From Callorhinchus milii (Eukaryota): a stretch of DNA of 64,000 nt. The stretch is from positions 62,498,001 through 62,562,000 of the forward strand of contig NW_024704742.1 of NCBI RefSeq assembly GCF_018977255.1. The letters are read 5' to 3'. Positions within the stretch are counted from its first letter, which is position 1, and every line of letters begins with the position of its first letter. The position numbers and the translations under genes are program-made. This document shows, in pieces, positions 13,985 through 26,070 of this stretch. The notes under the pieces were generated by a model that was not told the origin of the DNA, made no database searches, and was given only the letters and a program-made list of their open reading frames with translations.

Positions 13985-14061
13985 GAGGGAGCACATGGGC
14001 CAGATGAAATGGAGGGAGGCCAAATGAAATCAGACCACGAGCCGCCAGTTGGACCACCCTG
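13985..14061. mobile_element. Possible hAT-type MITE terminal fragment
   Basis: gggccagatgaaatgg...gccgccagttggaccaccctg resembles hAT MITE ends from memory; no partner TIR found. Confidence 0.3.
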
Positions 14062-14431
14062 ATGTATTTATGCAAATAACTAACTCGCCACCGTGGATAA
14101 CTCATGCCCCACACTGTGCCCCCCCATTCCCCGCTGGCACCTCTTCCCTCCCAAATTTTGGCACAATGTTGAGCCCAAAGCTGGCCGAGCTGGCGGAGGT
14201 GTTTTCTGTGGAAGGCAGAGTTTTAGTACCACTTCATGTGACAGCAGCTTGGTTCAATCCAGTATCTCGTCAAGCAGCACTCTACAGGTCACCAAAGCCT
14301 TGTGTGGCAACTCGACTGGCTCCTGCCTGGAAGCTTCAGGCACAATCACTTTGCCAAAGTCTGGAGGTGGTGAGGGGAAAAGGAGACCACTATATGACCA
14401 ATCTTTAGCTGTTAGCTTGACTGCAATTTCT

Positions 14432-14517
14432 GATTATTTAAATATAATGAATATATTTTGTTAAATGGATTACAAATCACTGTGACCCGAAACCATGCTG
14501 TTATTCTGAAATTATCA
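14432..14517 (+). repeat. 86-bp local direct repeat, copy 1
   Basis: Ungapped match to 15635-15720, about 10 mismatches. Confidence 0.9.
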
Positions 14518-14864
14518 CACACATATATATATATGATAGTTACACTTTCAAGTGCTCCGAGATGTCGTATGGTGCGAAGGGTGTTATATTAAAGTTGTTG
14601 TTGTTCGGTGATAGTACTGCAACATCTTCATTGATGGAGTTTTTAGCCATTTACCTTGTTTTGGGGGGATTGATGGATGGTATGCTGCATGTTGACATGG
14701 GACGATATCTGCACTGATCTAACTGAAAGTGTGGCAGGATAAGCTGGCACTTCAATGGATGATAACCAACAGTTAAAAATAAGCAGTTTTCTGATTCGCA
14801 GGCATGATAGGGGGATGGTAGGGAGGAGGAGAGGGTGTCTTTAACCAGATCTTGGAGATTGTGG

Positions 14865-15165
14865 ATTTCATACTTCTGAAAGTGCTTCACAGGGTATATT
14901 GAAAAGCGGATTCACTGTGTATTTTGTGGGTGAAATGTGGCAGGTAATTACACACAGCAATGTTCCACAAACAATCATGGAGTAAGTGGAGGGACTGTTA
15001 CCCCTGGAAAGTGATCTTCCAGTTGACTAATGACCAAGTTCCTACATATTGCTCGGTAAACAAGGGCGTGTGGAGTAAGGAAACTTGCTACCATGTCAGG
15101 GAATTGAACCTGGGTTCTCTCCCTGCGAGGTGAGTGCTCTAAACAACATGCTACAGGACTCCACA
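14865..15165 (-). mobile_element. Type-A SINE
   Basis: gtgtggagtaaggaaacttgc...gggaattgaacctggg...gtgctctaa...ctacaggactcc (antisense head). Confidence 0.85.
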
Positions 15166-15634
15166 AGTTGGGGTGATGGGTGAGAGGGAAAAGGTGGTGT
15201 TCAAACCCAAACCCTATGTTAAAGACAGGTTTAGAAGGTACATTTTAACTGCAATTTATGCTGTATTTTACCTTTTACAAGTGGTAAGTAAGAGATGGAA
15301 ATCAGATCCTGGTCCTCACATCTCGTCCCACTCTGTGACTTCGGGAATTCTACAGCCCTGGCTGTTCCCTTTGCTCAGTGAACATTGACCTGGGGCAATC
15401 CCCCCCACCCTATCCGCCTCACCATCAGCGGGTGAGCTTTCAGCCATACTGCCCCAGCTCTTGGGTAGGAAATTGTCTTCCTGAGGTGAAAAACACTACA
15501 CTAATTTACAATACAATTTACATTGTTCAAAATTGTTCCTTAACTACACTTTATGGTAAATCCTGCGAAGTGCTCTGAGACTTTTGGGCAATATGATAAG
15601 CCGCTGTATCAAATGCAAGGATTATAAATGCATG

Positions 15635-15720
15635 GATTATTTAAATATACTGAATGTATTTTGTTAAATGGATTACAAATGGCTGTGCCCTGAAACCATA
15701 CTGTGATTATGATATTATCA
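15635..15720 (+). repeat. 86-bp local direct repeat, copy 2
   Basis: Matches 14432-14517. Confidence 0.9.
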
Positions 15721-15939
15721 GCGAAAAGCTATTCAATGAACCATTAGCTGCCATTTAAAAGCTTAAAAGGTTTAATTTATTACCTAGAATTACACAGAAT
15801 GATAAGGTATGGAAACAAGCCATTTGGCTCACCTAGTTCATGTCCTTTTATATACACCCAAGAGCCTCCACGCCCCCACACTCCCCTNCCCCCCATCCTC
15901 CATTACCCTCTCCTATTCCCCTCTCTATTTTATTGTGCG

Positions 15940-16215
15940 TCAGCCTGACTCAGTTGCTATTACTCTCACCTCTGAGTCAGAAGGTTGTGGGTCCAAGCCC
16001 CATGTCAGGACTTTTAACTTGTATAATCTAGGCTGACAATCCAATGCAGTGCTGGGTTGCTGTTTATGGGACATTGCTGTTCACAAATTGGCTGCTGTTT
16101 TTTGCATACAAAATACACAATAATTGTACTGTACAGTATATTCTGTGCAGTGCTTTGAGATGTCAACCTGATGTGAAAGGCACAATATCATATGCAAAGA
16201 TTATTATTTATTATT
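15940..16215 (+). mobile_element. Type-B SINE with internal deletion
   Basis: Head cagcctgactcagttg...ctctgagtcagaaggttgtggg joined to the 3' domain and tail. Confidence 0.8.
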
Positions 16216-16995
16216 ATTTCCTTCTCCCTCCTCTATGCATCAAGTTTGCTCTTAAGCACTTTGAGGCTTTCATAAGGAGTCATAAAGAGCGGCTCCTCCC
16301 GATAGCTGGAAACATGTCACCTGATGGTGTTAGCTCCACTTACCCTGGGGTCTGGCAAATGAACATTTATAGTACAATACCAAAAATTCCATGTTTTTGA
16401 AAAAATCTATTGAATGGTTATTTCCTTATTAATCTGAATTAATTAATTTTGAACAGCATTTAGTCTGCCTCAAACCTAGAAAGTCAGTCAGGCATGTTTG
16501 TGTGTATGTGTGTATGCTCGCAGAGTCTAATAGGCAGATGGGTAGTTAGATTTCAAAAAAGATTTGCATTTAAACAACATGTTTGGCACATGTCACTATG
16601 ACTCAATATATTATAAGGTAGATCCTCTCATTTCAAGTCTGATATTTATTTGACAGGCTGCAACCAATCCAGTGCAATTTAAACTTGTGCAAGATCTGTC
16701 ATAGTTATTAGTGTCAAAAGTCCATGGCAGTTTAGGTTTTTTTTTGTGCATGTTCAGTTAACCTCCAACTGTTACAGTTGGAAAACATTTGATTTGCAGA
16801 GATTATTGATATTTTACGCTGGAAACAATTACCTAGGGAATTTCACTGCTATTTTGCACACAGATTACAGTATTTTACTCTCCAAATTCTGTCATTAATC
16901 CTATAACATATTTGGTTGGAATTTTTCACCTTATCCTTACGTTATTTCTGCGAGAAAGCTTGGGTTGTGTTGAGCAACTGAAAAGAACATAGCTG

Positions 16996-17014
16996 TAACC
17001 AGTAGAGGGAGGTA
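16996..17014 (+). promoter_or_regulatory. Candidate CTCF site
   Basis: taaccagtagagggaggta resembles the CTCF core; motif match only. Confidence 0.25.
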
Positions 17015-17249
17015 GCAGGAATAATTTGCCCGGATAAGGAATAAATCGACCATTTGCAGAATTTATTTTATTTCTATGTCTTTACCTGACTTACAAATGC
17101 TGCAGAGAGATTCAAAGTGGAGGAATTGGATTCTGAGAGTTGCTGGGACACAAAAAGTCTCAGAGATTTTGTACTTTGCTGGAGCAAAGTTTTGCTTTAT
17201 TCAAGTGACATTTATAATTATAAAAATAATAATATATGATACAGTATTT

Positions 17250-18739
17250 GTTTTTGATCTTCCAAAATTGCATGGATTTTGGAATGGTTCCCAGTGATTG
17301 GAAGGTCACAAACGTAACGTCGATATTCAAGAAGGGTGGGAGACAAAAAATGGGGAATTATAGACCAGTTAGTCTGGCATCGGTGGTAGGGAAAATTCTA
17401 GTCCTTAATTAGGGACATCGTTGAGGGGTAACTAGAAAATCATAACATGATTAGGCAGATTCAACATGGCTTTACGAAAGGGAAATCGTGTTTAACAAAT
17501 CTTAAGAGTTTTTTGAGGATGTAACTAACTGGTTAGATAGGGGGGAAACCAGTAGATGTGGTGCATTTGGATTTCCAGAAGGCATTCGATAAGGTGCCAT
17601 ATAAAAGGCTGTTGCATAAGATTGGAGCCCATGGAATTAAAGGCAACATATTAACATGGATTGGAGAGTGGCTAACAGAAAGAAAACAGAGAGTAGGGAA
17701 AAACAGGTCCTTCTCAGATTGGCAGGATGTGGCTAGTGGAGTGCCACAAGGATCAGTGCTTGGGCCTCAATTATTTACAGTCTATATCAATGATTTAGAT
17801 GAGGAAATAGAACTTAATATTTCTAAATTCGCGGATGATACGAAGATAGTTGGGAGAGTAAGCTGTGAGGATGACACACGAAGAATGCAAAGGGAAATAG
17901 ACAGGCTAGTTGAGTCGGCAAGAAGGTGGCAGATGGAGTAAAACGTGGGAAAGTGTGAAGTTATTCGCCTACGTAGTAAAAATAGAAAAGCGGATTATTT
18001 TCTAGACGGGGAGAGACTAGGTAGTGTTGGTGTAGAGGGATTTGGGTGTCCTTGTACACCAGTCACAAAAAGTTAGTTTGCAGGTTCAGCAAGCAACTAA
18101 ACCCACGTTGACGTTTGTTGCAAAAGGTTAGAGTACAAGAGTAGGGAAGTCTTGCTGCAACTGTATAGGGCCTTGGTGAGACTGCAACTAGAATATTGTG
18201 TGCAATTTTGGTCTCCTTATTTAAGAAAGGACATACTTCTCCTTAGAGGTGGTGCAGCGTAGATTTACTAGGTTGGTTCCTGGGATGAGGGGGTTGACCT
18301 ATGAGGATAGGTTGAGTAAACTAGGCCTATAATCTCTAGAATATAGAAGAATTAAAGGTGATCTTATAGAAACCTATAAGATTCTTAAGGGTCTTGACAG
18401 GGTAGATGCCATGAGACTGTTTCCCCTGGTTGGAGAATCTAAAACTAGGGATCATAGTCTCAAGATTAAGGGTCAGCCTTTTCGAACTGAGTTGAGGAAA
18501 CATTTCTTCACTCAGATGGTAGTGAATTTATGGAATTCTCTACCCCAGAAGGCTCAGTCCTTGAACATATTCAAGACTGAGGTTGATAGATTTCTAAAGG
18601 ATAGAGGGATTAAGGGATATGGGGATAGGGCGGTTAAATGGAGTTAGGTGAGAAGATCAGCCATGATCTTATTAAATGGCAGGGCAGGTTTGAGGGGCCG
18701 AATGGTCTACTTCTGCTCCTACATCTTATGGTCTTATGG
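17250..18739 (+). mobile_element. 5'-truncated CR1 LINE, disrupted ORF2 reverse transcriptase
   Basis: [48 protein letters not shown]; stops and frameshifts; (tcttatgg)2 tail. Confidence 0.95.
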
Positions 18740-18744
18740 TACGT

Positions 18745-18960
18745 ACAGGTAGATTTTAGAGATCCTATGACACTACTCAAAAAGAGCAGGGAATTTTTCC
18801 TGGTGTCCTGGCCAACATTCCCCGAAATAAAATTAATCATTCACTTCATAGGCTTGTTTGCAGGATATTGCAACTTGTTGCCGCATTTATCTACAAATAA
18901 AAACTTCATCCTTGAAGAGTTTTCAAACGCTCGACAACATGATAAAGTACTATATCAAAA
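18745..18960 (+). mobile_element. Type-B SINE, central domain to tail
   Basis: caggtagattttagagatcctatgacactac...gagcagggaatttttcctggtgtcctggccaacattcc. Confidence 0.75.
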
Positions 18961-18974
18961 GTTAGGGGACGTTG

Positions 18975-20030
18975 TGGGACTAGGACTCCAAGTCGAGTCC
19001 TACTTAACCAACCACCTCCACTTCATCTCGGCAAATGGTTTCTCCTCCCACCCCCGCCCAGTCACCTGCGGGGTACCTCAGGGCTCCATCCTTGGCTCTC
19101 TTCTTTTCCTAATCCATATGCTCCTTCTTGGCGATGTCATCCACAGCCTGGGGTAAACTTATACATGTATGTGGATGACACAATGATTTACGTTGCCTCC
19201 TCCAGCTATGTCTCCATGTCCACCGATTTTCTATCAGCTTGTCTGGCAAACAATAGAGCCTGGATAAGTGCAAACTTCCTGCAGCTGAATGTAGACAAGA
19301 CAGAAGACATAATCCTTGGTTCCTGTCAACGACTTTACGCCTGCAGATCTGAAATCCTCAACCTCCTTGGGCTCTCCCTCAGACTCACCGATCCAGTGCA
19401 CAATCTAGGCGTCTGGTTTGACCCCTAGCTGTCCTTTCTCCCCCAGTTTTGCCCCCTGACCAGGAACGCCTACTTCCACCTCCGCCGCATTGCCAAGCTC
19501 CAACCGTACCTTACCCCAAATGCAGCCAAAACCCTTGTGCATGCGTTTGTCACCTCTCACTCAGATGCAATCCTCGCTGGTCTCCCCAGCTAGAGTCTCC
19601 ACTATTCAAAAAATCCAGTTCATTCAGAAATCTGCTGCCCGCATACTGACCCAGACCAAACTCCGTACCCATATCTCACCATTTCTGGCCAGGCTCCACT
19701 GGCTCCCTATCACTGAATGGATCGACTTCAACATCTTCACATTCATGATCAAATCCCTTTACTTCCTGGCACCTCCCTACCTCCCTGACCTCCCCACTCT
19801 CCAATCCACCACCCAGCGCCTGTGCTCAACTGGTACTGGCCTCCTGTTTGTCCCTTGCACCCATCGCTCCACCATTGGAGATCGCGCCCAACCACAATGC
19901 CCTTAAACTCTGGAACACTCTCCCTCAATCCCTTCTCCTTAACCCTGCTCTCCCCTTTTTCAAGTCCTGCCTTAAAACCTTCCTTTTTGACTGTGCTTAC
20001 GGTCACCTGCCCACCCCCCCGGCTCAGAAT
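18975..20030 (+). mobile_element. 5'-truncated L2 LINE, disrupted ORF2 reverse transcriptase
   Basis: TCGVPQGSILGSLLF, YVDDT, NFLQLNVDKTE, NLGVWFDP, LHWLP, LWNTLP..LKTFLF in shifted frames. Confidence 0.93.
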
Positions 20031-20039
20031 CAGGCTGTA

Positions 20040-20275
20040 ATATAATGATAACCTTTACAAGTGATATGGCGCTCATAGCATCATAACATCATGCAGCACT
20101 CATCAGGTAATTGTTGTGCGGTTCAGCAACTGTAGGTAAATATCGCAACCTATTTGCTTACAATAATGTCTACAACACAAAGCCTTGATGTGAATGACCG
20201 GTTTATCTGAAGAAGGATTGTTCACCAGGGAGAAACTCCCTTGTCTTTTCAAATAGTGTCATGGGATCTCCTTAG
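20040..20275 (-). mobile_element. Type-B SINE 3' half, degraded
   Basis: gtgaatgacc...gagaaactcccttgtcttttcaaatagtgtcatgggatc. Confidence 0.6.
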
Positions 20276-21364
20276 CCTTGAAATGTCACATGGAAGAGAC
20301 AGAGCTTGAGGCAACAGCACTGTCAGAGATACAGAGTTTCATGAGCAGAAGAACACTTGTGTGGATCTTTGCTGTGGGGAATCAGTATTGACATGTGGCT
20401 TGACACAGAATATTAGGATACAGCTGATGCAAGACTAATGTGGTTTATAAGGCTACAGTGGAGCTCTGATAAGATCAATCAAGGATGGCAACATCCTGCA
20501 ATATCCTGCAGACTGACGCACAAGTGGGCACATTTTCAATGACTTGCTATTGAGTGGCCTGCTTATTCCACAAGAGTGGCATCAAATGAGGCATTAAAAT
20601 AAATGTTATTACTGTGTCAATTTGAAACCAGTCAGTAATTTGTAAGTTTAGATGGGTGCTTCAGAGCCTCATGGCTTTATGTGTCTCTGAAGATTTTATT
20701 CACTAACTTTGATATTAATCTCCTGAGCAGCTCAGCCAGTTGAGCTTGGGATCAGATGTGGTACCAAACTTGGGACTATAAATTTCTGGGTTTGAATCTC
20801 AGTGGGATCACTCTTCTGAGGTTAATATGATGAGTACTACGTCTAAATAATGTCGTGCTTTGTGGGTGTCCATATTGGTCAAACTGGCACAGAGGTCAGG
20901 TCTGCAGTAATTCAAGAAGGAATAGACAGGTCCGAAGCCTTAAACACCATACTGCTCCAAAATGAACAAACACTTTAGTTATAAGTTGGGGTTGAGAAAA
21001 GTGGCAGATTAAATGGTGCCTCAAACTCAGAAAAGCACCTCAAGATATAAAATGCGTGTCCTCCAGGGAACCCCTTCCTCACACTGACCTGCAAACAGAA
21101 TCAAAACCTGCAGACAGAATCAAGAGTTTTGTTTCTCTCCCTCCCTCTCACTCTGTTTAAGTGATGTGGGTCCCAGATGTGTGTAGTAAGGAAACATGAC
21201 CTTGGTTTTGTTCTGCCCAGGAATCAAACTCATTTCGGTTCCAGAAGTGCAGCTATACTGGAGCGGTGTGAGTTTTTCTCATTTCTCACTCTGGCCCTCT
21301 CCATGATCACTCAAAGTTGATGATCTATAGCTAATTAATTTCAAATAGTTGTGGTTCCAGGTTA

Positions 21365-21525
21365 TAGTCTTGTTTCCACTGAGACCTGGACTGAAACTGC
21401 CCAAACTCATTTCATGTAGGATTCTAAGAATGAGATTGTCATCCGATCAATGTGGGCAGGATTCAAATCCAGATCTCAAGGTGCAAAGCCTCAGTGTTGT
21501 CCTATCACAGTGCTATCTCCAGGCC
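21365..21525 (-). mobile_element. LF-SINE-like 5' fragment
   Basis: Antisense ctttgcacct...ctggatttgaatcctgccca...cctacatgaaatgagtttgggcagtttcagtccaggtctcagtgga resembles the LF-SINE 5' region as recalled; paralogue at 36385. Confidence 0.6.
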
Positions 21526-21834
21526 CCATAATTTCATATTTTAATATTTTAAACAAAGTACTTTTACAATTTTTCAAGATGTCTATTGACATTTCTGTTT
21601 CACTGACTCATTGATTTAAATATTTGAAATATAAAAATGTTAATAGTTTAACAGCATAGTAAATGTTCATCAGTTTAACACTGGTGACAGGATTCACAAG
21701 TTCTTTTCCCAGCTTTCCAGTTTCTTTCCCCAGCATCTGAACAAATATATTTATATTCATCTAATGTTTACAGCCCAAATGAGTCATGGAGCTAGGAATG
21801 TAACAGTTGACAAATTATTAAAATATTCTGTTTC

Positions 21835-22586
21835 GAGCCAGTCCGGAACGTTGGTGTCTTGTTTGAACCTCAACTATCCTTTCTACCCCATATCTGTGCC
21901 ATGACCCGCTCTGCCTTCCTTCACCTCCACAACATCGCTCGGCTCCGCCGCTGTCTCATTCCACAGGCCTCTGAGACCTTCATATACGCATTCATAACAT
22001 TGAGGCTTGATTATGCAAACTCCTCCCCAACTCCTCCCTCCATAGGCTGCAGATCATCCAGAACTCTGTAGCCTGTGTTCTCTCTCGCACCAGGCTCTGT
22101 GACCCTATCACCCCCATACTCACCCGACTCCACTGACGTCCCATCACACAGAGGATACAGTTCAAGATCCTGGTCCTCACCCTCAAACCCCTCCATGGCC
22201 TTGTTCTCTCTACCTCTGCGAATTCTAAACCCCTACCATCCTGTTCACTTCCTCCACTCAGTAGGCTCCGGTATGCTTCACATCCTCCATTTCTCCCATC
22301 CCACCATTGGTGGGCAGGTCTTCTGCCACTCTGCCCCCACCCTCTGGAACTCCATCTTGCAGTCCCTCTGCCTTGCCCCCTCTCTTGCCTCCTTGAAGAC
22401 CCATCTCAAGACCCTCCTCTTTGACCATGCTTTCGATCACTCTGCTTTCCTCACTACCCTCCACCTTCCCCAATCCTGACCCCTAGCTCAGGTCCGAAAC
22501 ACTGACTGTCCAGCACTTTGGGACGTCCTCCTGACGTGAAAGGCGCTATACAAATGTAATATTGCTATTGTTGTTGTTGTTGTTGA
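21835..22586 (+). mobile_element. L2 LINE 3' fragment with intact tail
   Basis: VRNVGVLF, LHNIARLR, RLDYANS, LWNSI..LKTLLF; tail ctttgggacgtcctcctgacgtgaaaggcgctatacaaatg...(GTT)n. Confidence 0.92.
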
Positions 22587-22739
22587 CTGAAATAGCTCTC
22601 TGAAAGGCACTGACCAGATTTCTAGAAAATATTGAGTCACTGTACCAGAAATAATGGATCCGGACAAATGGAACATGCACTCTGCATTTCACACGACTGC
22701 AAAGACTGTGCTTCTTTTCCAACTGCATAACTATTTGTT

Positions 22740-23125
22740 GTCTTCCTTTCCTGAAGGCACTGACTTCCAGCAGAGTATGTTTCCTTGGGCACCGGATCCC
22801 CTGCAGCACCATGCCCAACCTGCAGTCATTCAAGTGTGAGCAGACACAGTGAATATTAGTGGGTTATATAACTTTGGGAAGGAAGAGAGGGAGTTAACGG
22901 AAGGCAGTGTGGTGTCACATTAGAGCTGATCCTTGCCTCACTTCAAATCCACACGTATCTTTTCCAGCAGGTGTCACCAGAGAGCAGTGAACAGGGGGAA
23001 TCCGCTGCTCCCGAACAGAGGGGTGCTGGGTCCAATTGTAATGACCTTATTATGACTTTGGCTAAAATGTGCTAACTAAATACAACCAACCAGCTTGGTC
23101 TTTACAACTATAACTCAATATCACA
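22740..23125 (-). mobile_element. AmnSINE2-like ancient SINE
   Basis: Antisense blocks ttagttagc, tacaattggacccagcacccct, gtgacacctgctggaaa, gctcacacttgaa, agtcagtgccttcagga occur in the order recalled for AmnSINE2. Confidence 0.5.
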
Positions 23126-23499
23126 TCATTTCCAGAGTCCCTAAATTATTTTAAAATGGGTAGATACTTAGGTGCTTAATAAAGAACAATATGGGTAGTG
23201 GGTAGTGAACAGGAGAGTGGACTAGATTAGGTAACTTGTGGAGAAAAACATCAGTGCAGATGCGAGGTGTGCTTAGAATGTCCAAAGTGTTGAATTCAGT
23301 CTTAACTTTGAAGTTGGTTTTCTGTAGGTCTTAATGGAACTTACAATAAACTGGCTTCAGAATTAAGGCCTCATTTAAGAATTTGGCAATGAAATCCTAA
23401 GTAAATGGAGTAAGAAAATGCAACAGTTGTTTGGTTGTGCAATGCCCTGCTGGGTAAGGTTGTAGAGATAAAGCCCATTGTGGGTTTTCAAGGGGAAGT

Positions 23500-24202
23500 A
23501 TAATAATCCTTGCATTTGGTATAGCGCATTATCACGTCTGAAAGTGCTTCACAGGACTTTCTGTGAAATTGACTGTATTTGTAGGCAAATCTTTTACACA
23601 ATTTTACACATCAATGTCCACAAACAGCCATGAAACAAATTCGGGAGATTGTTGGCCAGGGCACCGGGAGAAACTCTTGTTTCTTTTCAAACAGTGCCAT
23701 GGGGTCTTTAACGTTCACCTGAATAGGCAGATGGGACCTCAGTTTAAGTTTGTGGAGTCCTGTAGCTCAGTGGTTAGAGCACTCGCTTTGCAAGCGAGAG
23801 ACCTGAGTTCAATTCCAGGCAGGGCGAAACCTTGGGCAAGTTTCCTTACTCCACACGCCTGATAATAATCCCTCCAAAACCATAAGCAATAATAAATTGG
23901 TCATTTTCAATCCACGACTGTTTGTGGGACATTGCTGTGCGCAATTGGCTACCGCGTTCGCCCACAAATATACAGTCAATTCACTTTACAGTGTGTTCTG
24001 CGAAGCGCTTTGGGACGTCCTCCTGACGTGAAAAGCGCTATATCAAATGCAAGGATTATTATTACTATTTTGAAGGCACACACCCAGCACTGCATTGGAG
24101 TATCAGCTTAGACTATGTAAGTTCCAAGTCCCAATGTGGGACTTGAACCTACAACGTTCTGACTCAGAGGCGATAATGCTACCAATTGCTACCAAGCTGA
24201 CA
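23500..24202 (-). mobile_element. Type-B DeuSINE-like, split by a type-A insertion
   Basis: Tail and central domain at 23500-23750, head at 24070-24202. Confidence 0.85.
23753..24068 (+). mobile_element. Young type-A SINE, internal-deletion variant
   Basis: tRNA-like head 23756-23827 with A box tagctcagtgg, B box gttcaattcc and anticodon arm ctcgc-tttgcaa-gcgag; CpGs retained; (ATT)n tail. Confidence 0.92.
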
Positions 24203-24234
24203 CAAACTGAAAGATAAAGATTTGATAGGGTATG

Positions 24235-24800
24235 TGGACATGGTGAAGCATTGGGATTGAATGAAAAAGTTGCAAATGGCAATTTCAGGGCAGATACCAG
24301 GATGCTTTTCTTTACCAAGAAGTTAATTAATGACTGGAAAAGGTTCTAGGAAGGATATTTAAGGCTAGGACACTGGGACTCTTTAAAAACAGGTTGATGC
24401 CATGATGGGATAATGGTGTGGGGGGTGTTCTGGAGGAATGAGGTGAGATGGGTTGAAGAGCCTTCTTCATCCAAACTAATCCTTTGATTTAGTGTACAGA
24501 TCGCTTTGAAAGCTGGTGCAGCCTGGATGAGCTGAATGGCCTCCTTCTGCATGTAGAATTCTATGATTCTATGAAGAATCACTTTGATAGAACTGGACTG
24601 GACATTAGAGGACAGTTGTGCAGGAAATAATACAAATAATTCCAGGGTGAAAAACATTCGGTTAAATATGAGGGAGAAGGAAATAGAACGATATGGGATG
24701 AGATCAGGTGGAGAGCAGGCCCATGTTTATATGAGTATAATCATTGACATGGACAAGTGGGGCCGCATGACTCTGTAATGTTCTACGTAATTCTATGTAA
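24235..24800 (+). mobile_element. Two to three tandem CR1 3' fragments
   Basis: gagctgaatggcctccttctg...attctatgattctatga and ctctgtaatgttctacgtaattctatg tails. Confidence 0.65.
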
Positions 24801-25729
24801 GTGAATATAGCCTCAGGTGGAATTTCTACCTCAAACCTGTAATATTTTATGATTCTAAGCGATGCGTTTAACTACTGATATTCCTTGCATTTGGAGCCTT
24901 CTTCACCGACTGGATCTTGTAAAAAGACTCCATTAAGCAGGATGGCTATTTGACCATTGGGTCAGCAGCCCACAATGACAGATTCTATGGTCAATGCAGC
25001 TCCCTGCTGTTGCAGACTAAGCCATTACACAAGAGCCAATGCCACGCCAGCACAGAGGGAAGCCTAATAAGATCCAGTTTTCTTTGCCAAAAGGGAGATT
25101 TTCTTACGACGGCTTTAATGTATCGTCATTGATATTACTTTGCTCAATTCATTTTCAGATAGTTTAAACAGTCCTATGTCTTTATAATTGTGAGAATAGA
25201 ACTTACCATTGGGTCAGTCATTGATCTGACTTCACCATCTTACTTAATGTTCTATAGAATTGCTTTCAATAGACTAAGATTTATAACAGCTCCTTTGTTC
25301 AATTCATGCAAAATAATTACAGCACATTAAAGCAGTCTATCGGCCAAGCGCTTCTTTAAGGGGTCGATATGTTATTAGATCCTCTCCATCTTCTATTTAA
25401 TTCCTCCAAATGGATAACCAAAGCCCTTGAAGGTTCAGTGAAACACACTTAGAAAATAGACTGTTAAGATCTCACTTCAGCTAAAACATGCCTTGTACAA
25501 AAACTCCACTGAATTCAGTGCAATGCACGAAGAAAAAAAATCAAAATAAATTCTATGAGGTGTAATATGTGGAGTTTCATAATGCATTCATTGGGAAAAT
25601 TATTACCCTTAAAATATGGATATATTTTAGAACTTCAGTGAATTTCAGCTGTAATGTGTTCTTGGTGTGGACAACAACAACTTGCTTTTATATAGCACCC
25701 TACACGCAGGTAAGGTGCTATATAAAAGC

Positions 25730-26070
25730 AACCTACCAACGACTTACCAACCTGCCCACTCCCTCTGCTCGGCAGGCACTGGCCTGTTCCATGTCCTCCA
25801 CCCTGCTTGCCTCACCAGCGGCGATCATATCTTCAACCTTTCTGCTCCCACCCTCTGGAACTTCTTCCCTGAGTCTCTTCGCCTCGACTGCTCCCTTGCC
25901 TCTTTCAAGGCCCGTCTTAAGACATTCCTATTTGACCCTGCTTTCAGTCTCTTTTCACCCCAACCCCCCCTTTGTCCTCCATCCCTCTTGATTGCATCCC
26001 CCAGCACGGGTGCAAACGTCTGACTGTCCAGCCAATATGAAAGATGCTATATAACTGGAATTTGTTGTTT
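25730..26070 (+). mobile_element. L2 LINE 3' fragment
   Basis: APTLWNFFPESLR..FKARLKTFLF. Confidence 0.85.

Noticed and set aside
14049..14464. Two overlapping ~120-aa ORFs in GC-richer sequence
   Set aside because: No recognisable domain or convincing splice sites; starts inside a probable transposon end.
15888..15888. Single N base
   Set aside because: Assembly ambiguity, no biological meaning.
17558..17941. 127-aa reverse-transcriptase ORF as a functional gene or novel RT system
   Set aside because: Fragment of a truncated CR1 with stops and frameshifts on both sides.
21087..21125. 2 x 19-bp tandem (acctgca.acagaatcaa)
   Set aside because: Ordinary slippage duplication.
23756..23827. 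tRNA-Ala(TGC)-like cloverleaf
   Set aside because: It is the head of a type-A SINE: T-stem mismatched, followed directly by SINE body, many degenerate copies.
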